A stretch of DNA of 64,000 bases from Clostridia bacterium (lineage in GTDB: Bacteria; Bacillota; Clostridia; RGIG6154): NCBI GenBank assembly GCA_045589295.1, contig JAZNOU010000002.1, positions 32,001 to 96,000 on the forward strand. The letters are read 5' to 3'. Position numbers and translations under genes: made by a program. Position 1 is the stretch's first letter, and each line of letters opens with the position of its first letter. Under the pieces are notes generated by a model. The model saw only the letters and a list, made by a program, of their open reading frames with translations. It was not told the DNA's origin and searched no databases. Positions 20,206 to 29,648 of the stretch are shown one piece after another.

Positions 20206-21246
20206 CTAATTGCCCCTGGAGGCTCTTAAATACTTCTGAATAAGCATTGCGATTTTAAACAGCAACGCATCATCAAATTTTCTTACATCAAGACCCGTTA
20301 AGTCCTGAATTCTGTCAAGTCTGTATACCAAAGTGTTTCTGTGGATGTAAAGTTCTCTTGCAGTAAGAGAAATATTAAGATTATAGTCAAAGAAACACTG
20401 AACGGTAGACATTGTGTCTTCATCAAGTTCTTTTAAAACATCCTCACTTAAAACTTCATTTAAGAACGCTTTGCACTTTTCGACCGGAGCGGAAGTAATA
20501 AGTCTGCTTATTCCGAGAGTCATATATGAATATATTCTGTTTCGGTTTTCAAATACGCTGCCAATGTTAAGTGCATTTATTGCGGTGTTATATGAACGAC
20601 TTAATGTTTTTAAGTTTGTGCTTGGCGCGCCGATTGCTATTGTAGGCTGTTCTACAAGTTCAGACATAATGCCGGTGGAAATCTGATTTGCAATTTGCAT
20701 TAGTCTTGAAGGTGTAGGTTCGGATTTAAAATGTCTTATGAATACTATTTCATTTGAATCGTTAGGGAAGACATAATCGTTTTCTCTTGCAGGAGCAACT
20801 TCGCGGATAATTTTAAGAGCCATTGGAATATTTTTGCTTGAAAGTTTTATAACAAAGACTATCCTCAAAAGGTCGACAGGTATGTCAAGACTCGGGGCTT
20901 TCCAGTAAGCTTCTTCCAGTTCACCTGCTATTAACTGTTTGAAAAAATATTCTGAGTCAACCAAAACTCTGCTGTTGGCACAAAGTGCATTTATTGCGGC
21001 CCTTATAGCAGGAGCCGTGCTTTTTGCAAATTCTTCTGTACCTTCGACAAACAGAGAAAATCTCACATTTACATCATCACTTAAAGCGAAGGAATAGTAC
21101 ACAAAATCAAGGTCTTTGAGCTTTAAGCCTACAAGATTTTTTTTGTTTGAGGCAACAACAATGTTGTGGTTGTCATAAAGTCCTATTCGATTTGAAAAAC
21201 TGGTTGATAGTAAATCAAAATACTTTTGATAAAGTGAAATCGACAT
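20206..21246 (-). CDS. CdaR/PucR-family regulator
   Basis: C-terminal HTH NISLTARELYIHRNTLVYRL. Confidence 0.88.
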   Translation of the reverse strand: MSISLYQKYFDLLSTSFSNRIGLYDNHNIVVASNKKNLVGLKLKDLDFVYYSFALSDDVNVRFSLFVEGTEEFAKSTAPAIRAAINALCANSRVLVDSEYFFKQLIAGELEEAYWKAPSLDIPVDLLRIVFVIKLSSKNIPMALKIIREVAPARENDYVFPNDSNEIVFIRHFKSEPTPSRLMQIANQISTGIMSELVEQPTIAIGAPSTNLKTLSRSYNTAINALNIGSVFENRNRIYSYMTLGISRLITSAPVEKCKAFLNEVLSEDVLKELDEDTMSTVQCFFDYNLNISLTARELYIHRNTLVYRLDRIQDLTGLDVRKFDDALLFKIAMLIQKYLRASRGN

Positions 21247-21379
21247 ATTGCACCGCCGTTAATTCTTTATTTTGTGTATTAAACACATATAATCACTATA
21301 TATCATATCACAAATTGATAATAAATGCAAAGAAATATACTAAAAAAACAAAAAATTTCGTATTTTTTTCACAAAAAAA

Positions 21380-21408
21380 GATATCGGCATCAGTAAGACG
21401 CCGATATC
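21380..21408 (-). terminator. terminator after lgt
   Basis: GATATCGGC-loop-GCCGATATC followed on the minus strand by a T run. Confidence 0.7.
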
Positions 21409-21410
21409 AG

Positions 21411-22205
21411 CTATTTAGTTTCGTTTAAAAATTGTTTTTTGTATGAAAGTATTATAAGAATTGCCCCTAAAACAAAAGTTGCAACTGCAACAAGCTGAGA
21501 AACTCTAAATGCTCCAAAATAGAGGCTGTCTGTTCTTAAGCCTTCAATAAAAAATCTGCCAAGTCCGTACCATACAAGGTACGAATAAAAGGTAAGACCA
21601 TCGGATTTTTTGTGTTTGTTTATAAAAATCAAAACAAAAATACCGATGAAATTCCAAAGGCTTTCATATAGAAAAGTAGGGTGAACAAAAATAATTTTTC
21701 CGTGGCTGTAAAGCCCCATTTTCCAAGGAAGATTTGTTATACTGCCAAAGGCCTCTTTGTTCACAAAGTTACCCCATCTGCCTATAGACTGACCTAAAAT
21801 CACACCTATAATACACACGTCAAAAACTTTTTTCCAGTTAAGTTTTTTCATCTTGCAATATATGTAAGCGGCGGCGGCAGCACCGATAACTGCGCCGTAA
21901 ATTGCAATTCCACCCTCCCATATTGCAAAAATTTTCGGGAAGTTATTTTTGTATTCAGAGAACGAAAAAATAACATAGTAAAGTCTTGCACATACAATTG
22001 CAGAGGGTGCACCAAACACAACAATATCTAAGATTGTGTCTTGGTTTACACCATCTTTTCTTGCTGTATACGAACTTAAAAAGTAGCCCGCAATCAAAGC
22101 AAATGCAATAATTATCCCGTACCAGTAAACATCTTTTGAACCAATACTGAAAGCGACGGGGTCTATGTTAAATTCAAATCCCAAAATCGAAACGTAATTA
22201 TTCAT
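21411..22205 (-). CDS. lgt: prolipoprotein diacylglyceryl transferase
   Basis: WYG, ARLYYV, WEGGIAIYG, IGRWGNFVN.EAFG, HPTFLYES, RFFIEGLRTD. Confidence 0.96.
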   Translation of the reverse strand: MNNYVSILGFEFNIDPVAFSIGSKDVYWYGIIIAFALIAGYFLSSYTARKDGVNQDTILDIVVFGAPSAIVCARLYYVIFSFSEYKNNFPKIFAIWEGGIAIYGAVIGAAAAAYIYCKMKKLNWKKVFDVCIIGVILGQSIGRWGNFVNKEAFGSITNLPWKMGLYSHGKIIFVHPTFLYESLWNFIGIFVLIFINKHKKSDGLTFYSYLVWYGLGRFFIEGLRTDSLYFGAFRVSQLVAVATFVLGAILIILSYKKQFLNETK

Positions 22206-22209
22206 AATA

Positions 22210-23502
22210 TCACTCTTTCGGCAGAATGGTTGAAAGCACGCTGTTTTCCTTCTTCATTGAGCCAATGTATTTGATTGCATCTTCTTTTGTTATAACATCA
22301 AACATCTTAAGTGTATTATATATGTTATAGCTGTGAAAATGTGCATCCATCATATTTCGTGCAGTTGTTTCAACATTATTGAATTCTTTGATGAAATCCG
22401 CCTTTAAAATGTTAAGCTGACGTTTAAACACACGATCAGGTATACCGTTTTTAGCGGTTTGCTCAATGGTTTTTAATACTTCTTCATAAACCTTTTCCGG
22501 GTTTTCGCTTTCGCCTGAAATTAGAGTGTGACTGTACTCTGCTTCCAATGAGTATTCGATGTCAAAGTTGTCGTTTATAAGTCCTGATTCGTAGTGAGTG
22601 TTGTAAAAATCACTGCTTCTTCCGAACATAATTTCAAGACAAACATTTGCCAAAATTTCTTTAAAAATAAACGTATCACTGTTAAATCCGTTTAAATTAT
22701 CCTTAAAGCCAATATTAAAAAGCGGCATACTTACAGAAAGCTTTTGAGAAACTTTTTGTTTTAACACGTTTTCAGGTTCTTCGTCATAATTGACTTCTAC
22801 CTTTTGTGCCGGTTTTATGTTTGTTAAAAGACTGTTTGCATATTCTGCAGTCTTAAAAGGGTCAACATCTCCGCAAATTGAAAGAACCATATTTGATGCG
22901 TTGTAAAATGTTTCATAACAGTCGTAAAGCATTTCGCTTGTTATTTTTGAAATGCTTTCTACCGAGCCTGCAATATCGCGTTTTACAGGAAAAGTGTGAT
23001 ACATGCCCTCGAGAAGATTAAAATAAACTCTCCAGCCGGGGTGGTCTAAATACATATTTATTTCCTGACCTATAATGCCCTGTTCTTTTTTTACGTTTTC
23101 GGGTGTAAAATAGGGAGTCTGCATTAAATCGGTCAGAATTTTAAGGTTTTCTTCAAATTTATCTGTGCAGGTAAAGTAATAAGCGGTGTTTGTAAACGAA
23201 GTAAATGCATTTGCATTAGCGCCAGTTTTAGCATATTTGGAAAAAGCGTCACCTGTTTCGCTTTCAAAAAGTTTGTGCTCTAAAAAGTGCGCAACACCAT
23301 CAGGGATTTCGGTAAATTCTTTTTGTCCCTCTTTTTTGAAGCGGTTCTTTATTGAGCCATATTTAACACCGAACATAGCACATTTTTTGTGAAAGCCTTT
23401 TTTGGGAGTGATATAAATACTCATTCCGCAATCGGCTTTAAAAATATATGTTTCTTCGTTTAAAAGTTTGTTTTCAAGGATAAGATAATCTATGTTGCTC
23501 AT
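22210..23502 (-). CDS. M16 zinc peptidase, YmfH-like
   Basis: PDGVAHFLEHKLF, NAFTS, EQGIIGQEI. Confidence 0.9.
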   Translation of the reverse strand: MSNIDYLILENKLLNEETYIFKADCGMSIYITPKKGFHKKCAMFGVKYGSIKNRFKKEGQKEFTEIPDGVAHFLEHKLFESETGDAFSKYAKTGANANAFTSFTNTAYYFTCTDKFEENLKILTDLMQTPYFTPENVKKEQGIIGQEINMYLDHPGWRVYFNLLEGMYHTFPVKRDIAGSVESISKITSEMLYDCYETFYNASNMVLSICGDVDPFKTAEYANSLLTNIKPAQKVEVNYDEEPENVLKQKVSQKLSVSMPLFNIGFKDNLNGFNSDTFIFKEILANVCLEIMFGRSSDFYNTHYESGLINDNFDIEYSLEAEYSHTLISGESENPEKVYEEVLKTIEQTAKNGIPDRVFKRQLNILKADFIKEFNNVETTARNMMDAHFHSYNIYNTLKMFDVITKEDAIKYIGSMKKENSVLSTILPKE

Positions 23503-23503
23503 A

Positions 23504-24766
23504 TTACTTACCTCCTTTTAAGAAAAATACTGTGTCTAAAGTAACGGCTTTTGCAGCTTTTATAATATCTTCTTTTGTAACTGCATTGATTTTTTCAAGT
23601 GATTGCTCTAAAGAAAGATTAAGCCCTGTTAAAATACCGCCAAATGAGAATTCTTCCATTATGCTCAAAGAGTCCTTGGCAGAGTTGTAACTGCCCAAAA
23701 TTGCAAGCTTTGAAGCTAAAATGTCATCTTCGGTGAAATTGCCGTTTTTCATATCTTCAAGCTGTGCTGAAACCTCTTTTAAAGTGACTTCATATTTGTC
23801 AAATTCAATTCCGCAGTTTACTATTACAAGCCCTTTGTAACCGTCATAACCTGAGTTTGCATAGTAGGCAAGAGAAAGCTTTTCCCTTACATTAAGGAAC
23901 AGTTTTGAGTGTGGAGAACCCCCAAAAAGATTGTTGAAAACAACGGTTGCAAAATAAAGGTCATCATTTGCAGTTATTTCGGTTTTAAATCCTATTGAAA
24001 GCTTACCTTGTGTAATATCATTTTCTTCTGAAATATATTTCGGACTTTGAGAGTAACCGTTGAAGCTTGGCTTGATGTAAGAAGTCGGAATTACGTCCAA
24101 TTCTTCATACGCCTGCTTAATAATATCAATAATGTATTCTTTGTCGCATTTGCCACTCACAAAAATGTCGAGTGAAGAAGTGCTTAAAAGATTTTTATAG
24201 TAGTCATAAAGGCTTGTTGGGGTAATTTTTCTGATTTCTTCAATATCGCCAAATTCAAAAATCCCAAAAGTTTCGCCTTTATACATTTCTTCTGTAAGGC
24301 GTTTTTTTGCGTATTCTTTTTTGTCGTTTACAATACTTTCGATGAATTGTATAAGGTTAGTTTTTTCCCTTTCAACATATTCTGAGTCAAAAACATCTCC
24401 GTTTGGAAGATAGGGGTTATAAATCATTTGCTTTGCGAGCGCGCAAAGCTTGGAAAACGGTTTTAAGTCAGGCACTATAGAGTCACATATTGTTGAAAAT
24501 CTTATGGACACTATTTGATTTGCACCTTTTTTCTTGATGGCATAACTTGCGTTTGCACCATATAAATCATCTAAATATGTGTTTAAGTAGCTTGACTTGG
24601 GGTATCTGTTACAGCCTCTTCTTAAAACTGCAGGAATGAGTGCGTTGTATGACGCCTCAGGGTTTTGCAAGGGACGTGTAAAATTGAATGTAAGAAGCGA
24701 GGTTTTAAACCTGTCTCCTTCAATAAAATGAATGTTTACCCCGTTTTTTATATTAACTGTCTGCAA
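23504..24766 (-). CDS. M16 non-catalytic partner, YmfF-like
   Basis: LYGA, SKLFLNVREKLSLAYY, no HxxEH; likely TTG start at 24766. Confidence 0.88.
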   Translation of the reverse strand: MQTVNIKNGVNIHFIEGDRFKTSLLTFNFTRPLQNPEASYNALIPAVLRRGCNRYPKSSYLNTYLDDLYGANASYAIKKKGANQIVSIRFSTICDSIVPDLKPFSKLCALAKQMIYNPYLPNGDVFDSEYVEREKTNLIQFIESIVNDKKEYAKKRLTEEMYKGETFGIFEFGDIEEIRKITPTSLYDYYKNLLSTSSLDIFVSGKCDKEYIIDIIKQAYEELDVIPTSYIKPSFNGYSQSPKYISEENDITQGKLSIGFKTEITANDDLYFATVVFNNLFGGSPHSKLFLNVREKLSLAYYANSGYDGYKGLVIVNCGIEFDKYEVTLKEVSAQLEDMKNGNFTEDDILASKLAILGSYNSAKDSLSIMEEFSFGGILTGLNLSLEQSLEKINAVTKEDIIKAAKAVTLDTVFFLKGGK

Positions 24767-24903
24767 AGCTAAAACTCCAATCGTTTTTGTTAAATAGTAT
24801 ACCACGAATTTGTAAAAAAAGCCATACCTAAAAATTAATATTAAAAAAGAGTTGCAAAAAAAGGCGAAAAATAGTATAATTTGTATGAAAAAGGAGGGAA
24901 ACT

Positions 24904-25509
24904 TTGATGTTGTCTGAAAAAATCAGGAATTTAAGAATGAAAAATTCACTTACGCAAACTCAGCTTGCGAATATGCTGGGGTGCTCTGTTGCAACGGTTT
25001 CGGGTTATGAAACAGGCAAGACAGAAGTGCCTACAGAAGTTATATCAAAGTGCGCCCGATATTTTAACTGTCCGCTTGAATATTTTTATAATATGGACAT
25101 TCCGCTCATGGAAACACCTGAGCTTATGGAAAAAACTTTGTATAAAATAAAAATGAAAGTAATAAAAGACTTATCGCTTCCGCCCGAGGGCAAAAATGTT
25201 TGGGGAGAAATGGAACATCCCCTGTATGATTTGCCTTATGACAGGGTTGTGTGGAAAATGGAAGATAAAGAAGAAATAAAATATGTCATATTGCTTGTGG
25301 GCAAAACCCCAAGGGAAGGTGACAGAGTAGCAGTAGTAACAGATGACGGCGAGAGCAAGCTCGGATATTACTATGTAGACGAAACTCACAATGTTTGCAT
25401 AAAGTCAAAACCAAAAGGAATGAAAGGAATTAGAAACCTTAAGGTGGACTTAAATAAAAATGGTGTAATTTACGGAATAGTTGAGGGTGTATATATTCAC
25501 TTTAATTAA
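24904..25509 (+). CDS. XRE HTH regulator with degenerate S24-like C-terminal domain
   Basis: LTQTQLA..LGCS.ATVSGYETG; C-terminal EGD.VAV...IYGIV. Confidence 0.75.
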   Translation: MMLSEKIRNLRMKNSLTQTQLANMLGCSVATVSGYETGKTEVPTEVISKCARYFNCPLEYFYNMDIPLMETPELMEKTLYKIKMKVIKDLSLPPEGKNVWGEMEHPLYDLPYDRVVWKMEDKEEIKYVILLVGKTPREGDRVAVVTDDGESKLGYYYVDETHNVCIKSKPKGMKGIRNLKVDLNKNGVIYGIVEGVYIHFN

Positions 25510-25537
25510 AAAAGCGGTGCTTTAAGCACCGCTTTTT
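25509..25537. terminator. bidirectional terminator
   Basis: AAAAAGCGGTGCTT-T-AAGCACCGCTTTTT. Confidence 0.8.
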
Positions 25538-25538
25538 G

Positions 25539-26912
25539 TTACTTTATAAGCATTTCGCCAACTTTATTGACAGGACCTGCACCGATGGTCATAATAAGCT
25601 CGTCGCCTGAGCAGGTTTTTCTTATGTGGTCGGCGACTTCTTCAAATTCTTTTATATAAGTCGCATCGCACCCGTTTTTAACCATAATATCAACAACGTC
25701 CTGAGAAGACACACTGCCGTCATCAATTTCACGTGCGGCATAAATGTCTGTTATAATTACACGGTCAGCGAGTGAAAGGCTTTGCGCAAACTCGTTTAGA
25801 AGAGCCTTCGTTCTTGTGTAAGTGTGGGGTTGGAAAATAACCGTTACACTTTTGTGGCCGAAATTTTTTGCAGTTTCGATTGCAGCAGTGATTTCAGTGG
25901 GGTGGTGAGCATAATCGTCAACCACAGTACAGCCTTTGTAATCGCCTTTAATTTCAAAACGGCGGTCGGTTCCTTCGAAATTTTTAAGACCTGACTTAAC
26001 AGAGTCGGCACTCAAACCACAATCTATACATAATGCGGCAGCAGCCAGACTGTTTAAAACATTGTGCTTACCAGGTACACTTAATGTAATTGTGCAAAGC
26101 TTCTGACCAAAATAAACAAGGTCATAGGTCGCAAAGCCGTTTTTGTCAAATACAACATTTTTTGCATAAACGTCGAAGTTTTCCCCTATACCAAAGGTTA
26201 TAACCTTGCACTTTGCATTTTTTACAGTCTTTAAAGCGTTTTTGTCATTTCCGTTTACTATAATACTTCCATCTTCCGGTACAAGCAATGCAAACTTTTC
26301 AAATGCACTTATAATGTGGTCAATGTCTTTAAAATAGTCAAGATGGTCTGCATCAACATTAAGAATTATGGCTTTTTTGGGGAAAAATTCCAAAAAGCTT
26401 TCAACATACTCGCAGGCTTCGGTTACAAATATATCACCTGAACCTATTCTTAGATTTCCGTCAAGCGCTCTAACTTCACCCCCAACCAAAATTGTGGGGT
26501 CATTTTTTTCTTCAAGCATTATAAGTGATACCATTGAAGTAGTGGTGGTTTTTCCGTGAGTTCCTGAAATGCAGCAAGGGCAATCGTAAGATTTCATAAG
26601 TTCGCCTAAAAAAACACTTCTTTCAACAACTCTTCCTGCATTTTTTACAGCTTCTTTGTACTCAGGATTGTCTTTGGAAATTGCCGCGGTGTATACTACC
26701 AAATCAGGTGATTTAATGTTCTTTTCAGATTGACCTACAAAAACTTCAATTCCTGCATTTTCGAGCTTTCTTGTGATATGGGTTGGAGTTATATCACTTC
26801 CCGAAACCTTGTAACCACCCTTTTTTACAATTAGGGCGAGAGAAGACATACTTATTCCGCCAATTCCTATAAAGTGTATATATTTACCTTCAGATAAATT
26901 AAAAATTTTCAA
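25539..26912 (-). CDS. murC: UDP-N-acetylmuramate--L-alanine ligase
   Basis: HFIGIGGISMS, GTHGKTTTT, DHLD, DDYAHHPTEI, FQPHTYTRT. Confidence 0.97.
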   Translation of the reverse strand: MKIFNLSEGKYIHFIGIGGISMSSLALIVKKGGYKVSGSDITPTHITRKLENAGIEVFVGQSEKNIKSPDLVVYTAAISKDNPEYKEAVKNAGRVVERSVFLGELMKSYDCPCCISGTHGKTTTTSMVSLIMLEEKNDPTILVGGEVRALDGNLRIGSGDIFVTEACEYVESFLEFFPKKAIILNVDADHLDYFKDIDHIISAFEKFALLVPEDGSIIVNGNDKNALKTVKNAKCKVITFGIGENFDVYAKNVVFDKNGFATYDLVYFGQKLCTITLSVPGKHNVLNSLAAAALCIDCGLSADSVKSGLKNFEGTDRRFEIKGDYKGCTVVDDYAHHPTEITAAIETAKNFGHKSVTVIFQPHTYTRTKALLNEFAQSLSLADRVIITDIYAAREIDDGSVSSQDVVDIMVKNGCDATYIKEFEEVADHIRKTCSGDELIMTIGAGPVNKVGEMLIK

Positions 26913-27177
26913 AACTAAATTCCTCCTGAAAACTCAAAGGTTATTGTATGTAAAAATCTTTTTTTTATAATATAGCAGAAAATATAAGTTTTTTCAATAA
27001 AAAAGCAAAAAAATAATAAAAAAACCTTGATTTTTTTCGGTAAAAATAATATAATTACTCTATTAAACGTTCTATTTAATATACAATAAGAAATTATCTG
27101 CTGATTATAATATACATAAAGAAGCGGCAGATGGTTACTTTTTACAAAACAGGAGAAATAAAAAACGGAGGAATAAA

Positions 27178-28383
27178 ATGATTAACATTGCAGTTTTGGG
27201 CTTTGGTGTTGTAGGCTCTGGTGTAGTTGAACTGATAGAAAAAAACGCCGAAACCGTGAACAAAGGTCTTTCTAAAAAGATATGTGTTAAAAAAATTCTT
27301 GACATAAGAGATTTTGATGGACATAAATATCAGGACCTTTTTACAAAAGATTTTGATGAAATCTTAAATGATGACAGCATCAGCATTGTTGTTGAAACAA
27401 TAGGTGGAAAAGAGCCTGCAAAAACTTTTACTGAAAAAGCACTTAAAAAAGGTAAAAGCGTTGTTACTTCAAATAAAGAGCTTGTTGCAGCTTTCGGAAG
27501 CGAGCTTATGGTAACAGCAAAAGAAAATAATTCATATTATATGTTTGAGGCAGCTGTTGGTGGAGCAATACCTGTTTTAAGACCGATGGGAACGTGTCTT
27601 GCAGCAAATAATATAACAGATATATGGGGTATTTTAAATGGTACCACAAACTATATTTTAACCAGAATGTTTGAGGACGGGGCGTCTTTTGCAGATGCGC
27701 TTAAAGAGGCTCAGCAAAAGGGTTATGCAGAGCGTGACCCCTCAGCCGACGTTGAAGGCTATGACACAATGAGAAAGATTGCAATTTTAATGTCTATCGC
27801 ATCAGGTTATGAAGTGAACTGTGACAAAGTAATGGCAGAAGGTATTACAAACATACAAAAAGAAGATGTCAAAATTCTCGACAAAGCGGGATATGCTATA
27901 AGACTTATAGGGCACGGTAAAGCGTGTGACGGAAAGGTTTTTGCAAGAGTAAGTCCTATGGTTATTTCCAAAAACCACCCTCTGTCAGGCGTTAAAGATG
28001 TGTTTAACGCAGTGATGATTATGGGCGACGCTACCGATGAGGTTATGTTCTATGGTAAAGGTGCCGGAAAGTTTCCTACGGCAAGCGCAGTAGTTGCAGA
28101 TGTAATTGATATTGCAAAGGCATGCGGTAATCAACCAAAGTATACATGGAAAAAACCTGAAACCGACATAATGATTGACATAAAAGACACGTCTTCTATG
28201 TTTTATGTAAGAGCAAAAGGTGTTACTGAAAATGACTTTAATGTTTTGCAGGTTATTTCAAATACAGATGATGAAATCGCTTTGATAACTGCTGAAATGA
28301 ATGAAGAAGCATTTGAAACAGCTAAAACAGCACTTGAACAAAAAGGCGCCGAGTTTAAAGCTGTAATCAGAAAATTATTATAG
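27178..28383 (+). CDS. hom: homoserine dehydrogenase
   Basis: GFGVVGSG, VVTSNK, EAAVGGAIP, GILNGTTNYIL, GYAE.DP..DVEG.D. Confidence 0.96.
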   Translation: MINIAVLGFGVVGSGVVELIEKNAETVNKGLSKKICVKKILDIRDFDGHKYQDLFTKDFDEILNDDSISIVVETIGGKEPAKTFTEKALKKGKSVVTSNKELVAAFGSELMVTAKENNSYYMFEAAVGGAIPVLRPMGTCLAANNITDIWGILNGTTNYILTRMFEDGASFADALKEAQQKGYAERDPSADVEGYDTMRKIAILMSIASGYEVNCDKVMAEGITNIQKEDVKILDKAGYAIRLIGHGKACDGKVFARVSPMVISKNHPLSGVKDVFNAVMIMGDATDEVMFYGKGAGKFPTASAVVADVIDIAKACGNQPKYTWKKPETDIMIDIKDTSSMFYVRAKGVTENDFNVLQVISNTDDEIALITAEMNEEAFETAKTALEQKGAEFKAVIRKLL

Positions 28384-28397
28384 AAAGTGGTGTTAAT

Positions 28398-29609
28398 ATG
28401 GGTTTGGTAGTTCAAAAATTCGGAGGCTCTTCGGTTGCAGATGCTAAAAAAGTTATGAATGTTGCCGAAAGAGTTACTGATGAGTATAAAAAAGGTAATA
28501 ACGTTATTGTTGTTGTTTCCGCGCAGGGCGATACAACAGATGAGCTTATTGAAAAAGCAAATGAAATTAATCCTAATCATTCAAAAAGAGAAATGGATAT
28601 GCTTCTTTCAACAGGTGAGCAGATTTCTATTTCACTTCTTGCTATGGCTATTGAAAAATTGGGCTTTCCGGTAATTTCTCTTACAGGCTGGCAGGTTGGA
28701 ATGAAGACTGACAGTAACTATTCTTTGGCAAGAATAAGAAAAATCGATACTGAAAGAATTGAAATGGAACTTGACAAGAAAAACATTGTGGTTGTTGCAG
28801 GTTTCCAGGGAATTAACAAGTATGATGATATTACAACTTTGGGCAGAGGCGGTTCTGACACAACAGCAGTAGCACTTGCTGCAGCACTTCATGCAGATAT
28901 TTGTGAAATTTACACAGATGTTGACGGTGTTTACACAACAGACCCAAGAATTGTAAAAGATGCAGTTAAATTGAATGAAATTTCTTATGACGAAATGTTG
29001 GAGCTTGCATCCTTAGGCGCAAACGTTCTTCATAACCGCTCAGTAGAAATGGCTAAAAAATATAATGTAAATTTAGAAGTTAAATCAAGTTTTGAAAGAG
29101 TACCGGGTACTGTTGTTAAGGAGGAAGTAGATATGGAAAAGATGTTGGTTAGAGGTGTAGCAAGAGATAATGACGTTGCAAGGATTGCAGTTATCGGTTT
29201 AAAAGATGAACCGGGAACAGCGTTTAAGATTTTCTCACTTCTTTCAAAGAATAAGATAAATGTGGATATTATTTTGCAGTCAATCGGCAGAGATAATACA
29301 AAAGATATTTCATTCACTGTTACAGAAGGTAATCTTAACAAAGCTGTTGAGATTTTGGAACAGAATAAAGACCTTATTGGTTACAAAGACATTTCAAGCT
29401 CAACAGACCTTTCAAAAGTGTCTATTGTTGGCGCAGGTATGGTAAATAACCCTGGTGTTGCATCAAAAATGTTTGAGGCGCTTTTTGAAAGCTCAATAAA
29501 CATCCATATGATTTCAACATCAGAACTTAAAGTGTCAGTTCTTATTGATCAGGCTGAAGCAGAACGTGCAGTAAGAGCTATCCATGACAAGTTTGATTTT
29601 ACAAACTAA
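28398..29609 (+). CDS. lysC: aspartate kinase (alpha chain; internal beta start)
   Basis: VQKFGGSS, TTLGRGGSD, TDVDGVYT.DPR, two ACT domains. Confidence 0.96.
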   Translation: MGLVVQKFGGSSVADAKKVMNVAERVTDEYKKGNNVIVVVSAQGDTTDELIEKANEINPNHSKREMDMLLSTGEQISISLLAMAIEKLGFPVISLTGWQVGMKTDSNYSLARIRKIDTERIEMELDKKNIVVVAGFQGINKYDDITTLGRGGSDTTAVALAAALHADICEIYTDVDGVYTTDPRIVKDAVKLNEISYDEMLELASLGANVLHNRSVEMAKKYNVNLEVKSSFERVPGTVVKEEVDMEKMLVRGVARDNDVARIAVIGLKDEPGTAFKIFSLLSKNKINVDIILQSIGRDNTKDISFTVTEGNLNKAVEILEQNKDLIGYKDISSSTDLSKVSIVGAGMVNNPGVASKMFEALFESSINIHMISTSELKVSVLIDQAEAERAVRAIHDKFDFTN

Positions 29610-29648
29610 CTAAAAAATTTAAAATTTATACCGAAAGGATAAAACGCA

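Noticed and set aside
23504-24766. Missing HxxEH in an M16 peptidase as a novelty
   Set aside because: Normal for the YmfF partner of the YmfF/YmfH pair
27095-27135. Possible attenuator or riboswitch upstream of hom (ATCTGCTG...CGGCAGAT)
   Set aside because: A single weak stem with a large loop; no T-box, SAM or lysine riboswitch consensus
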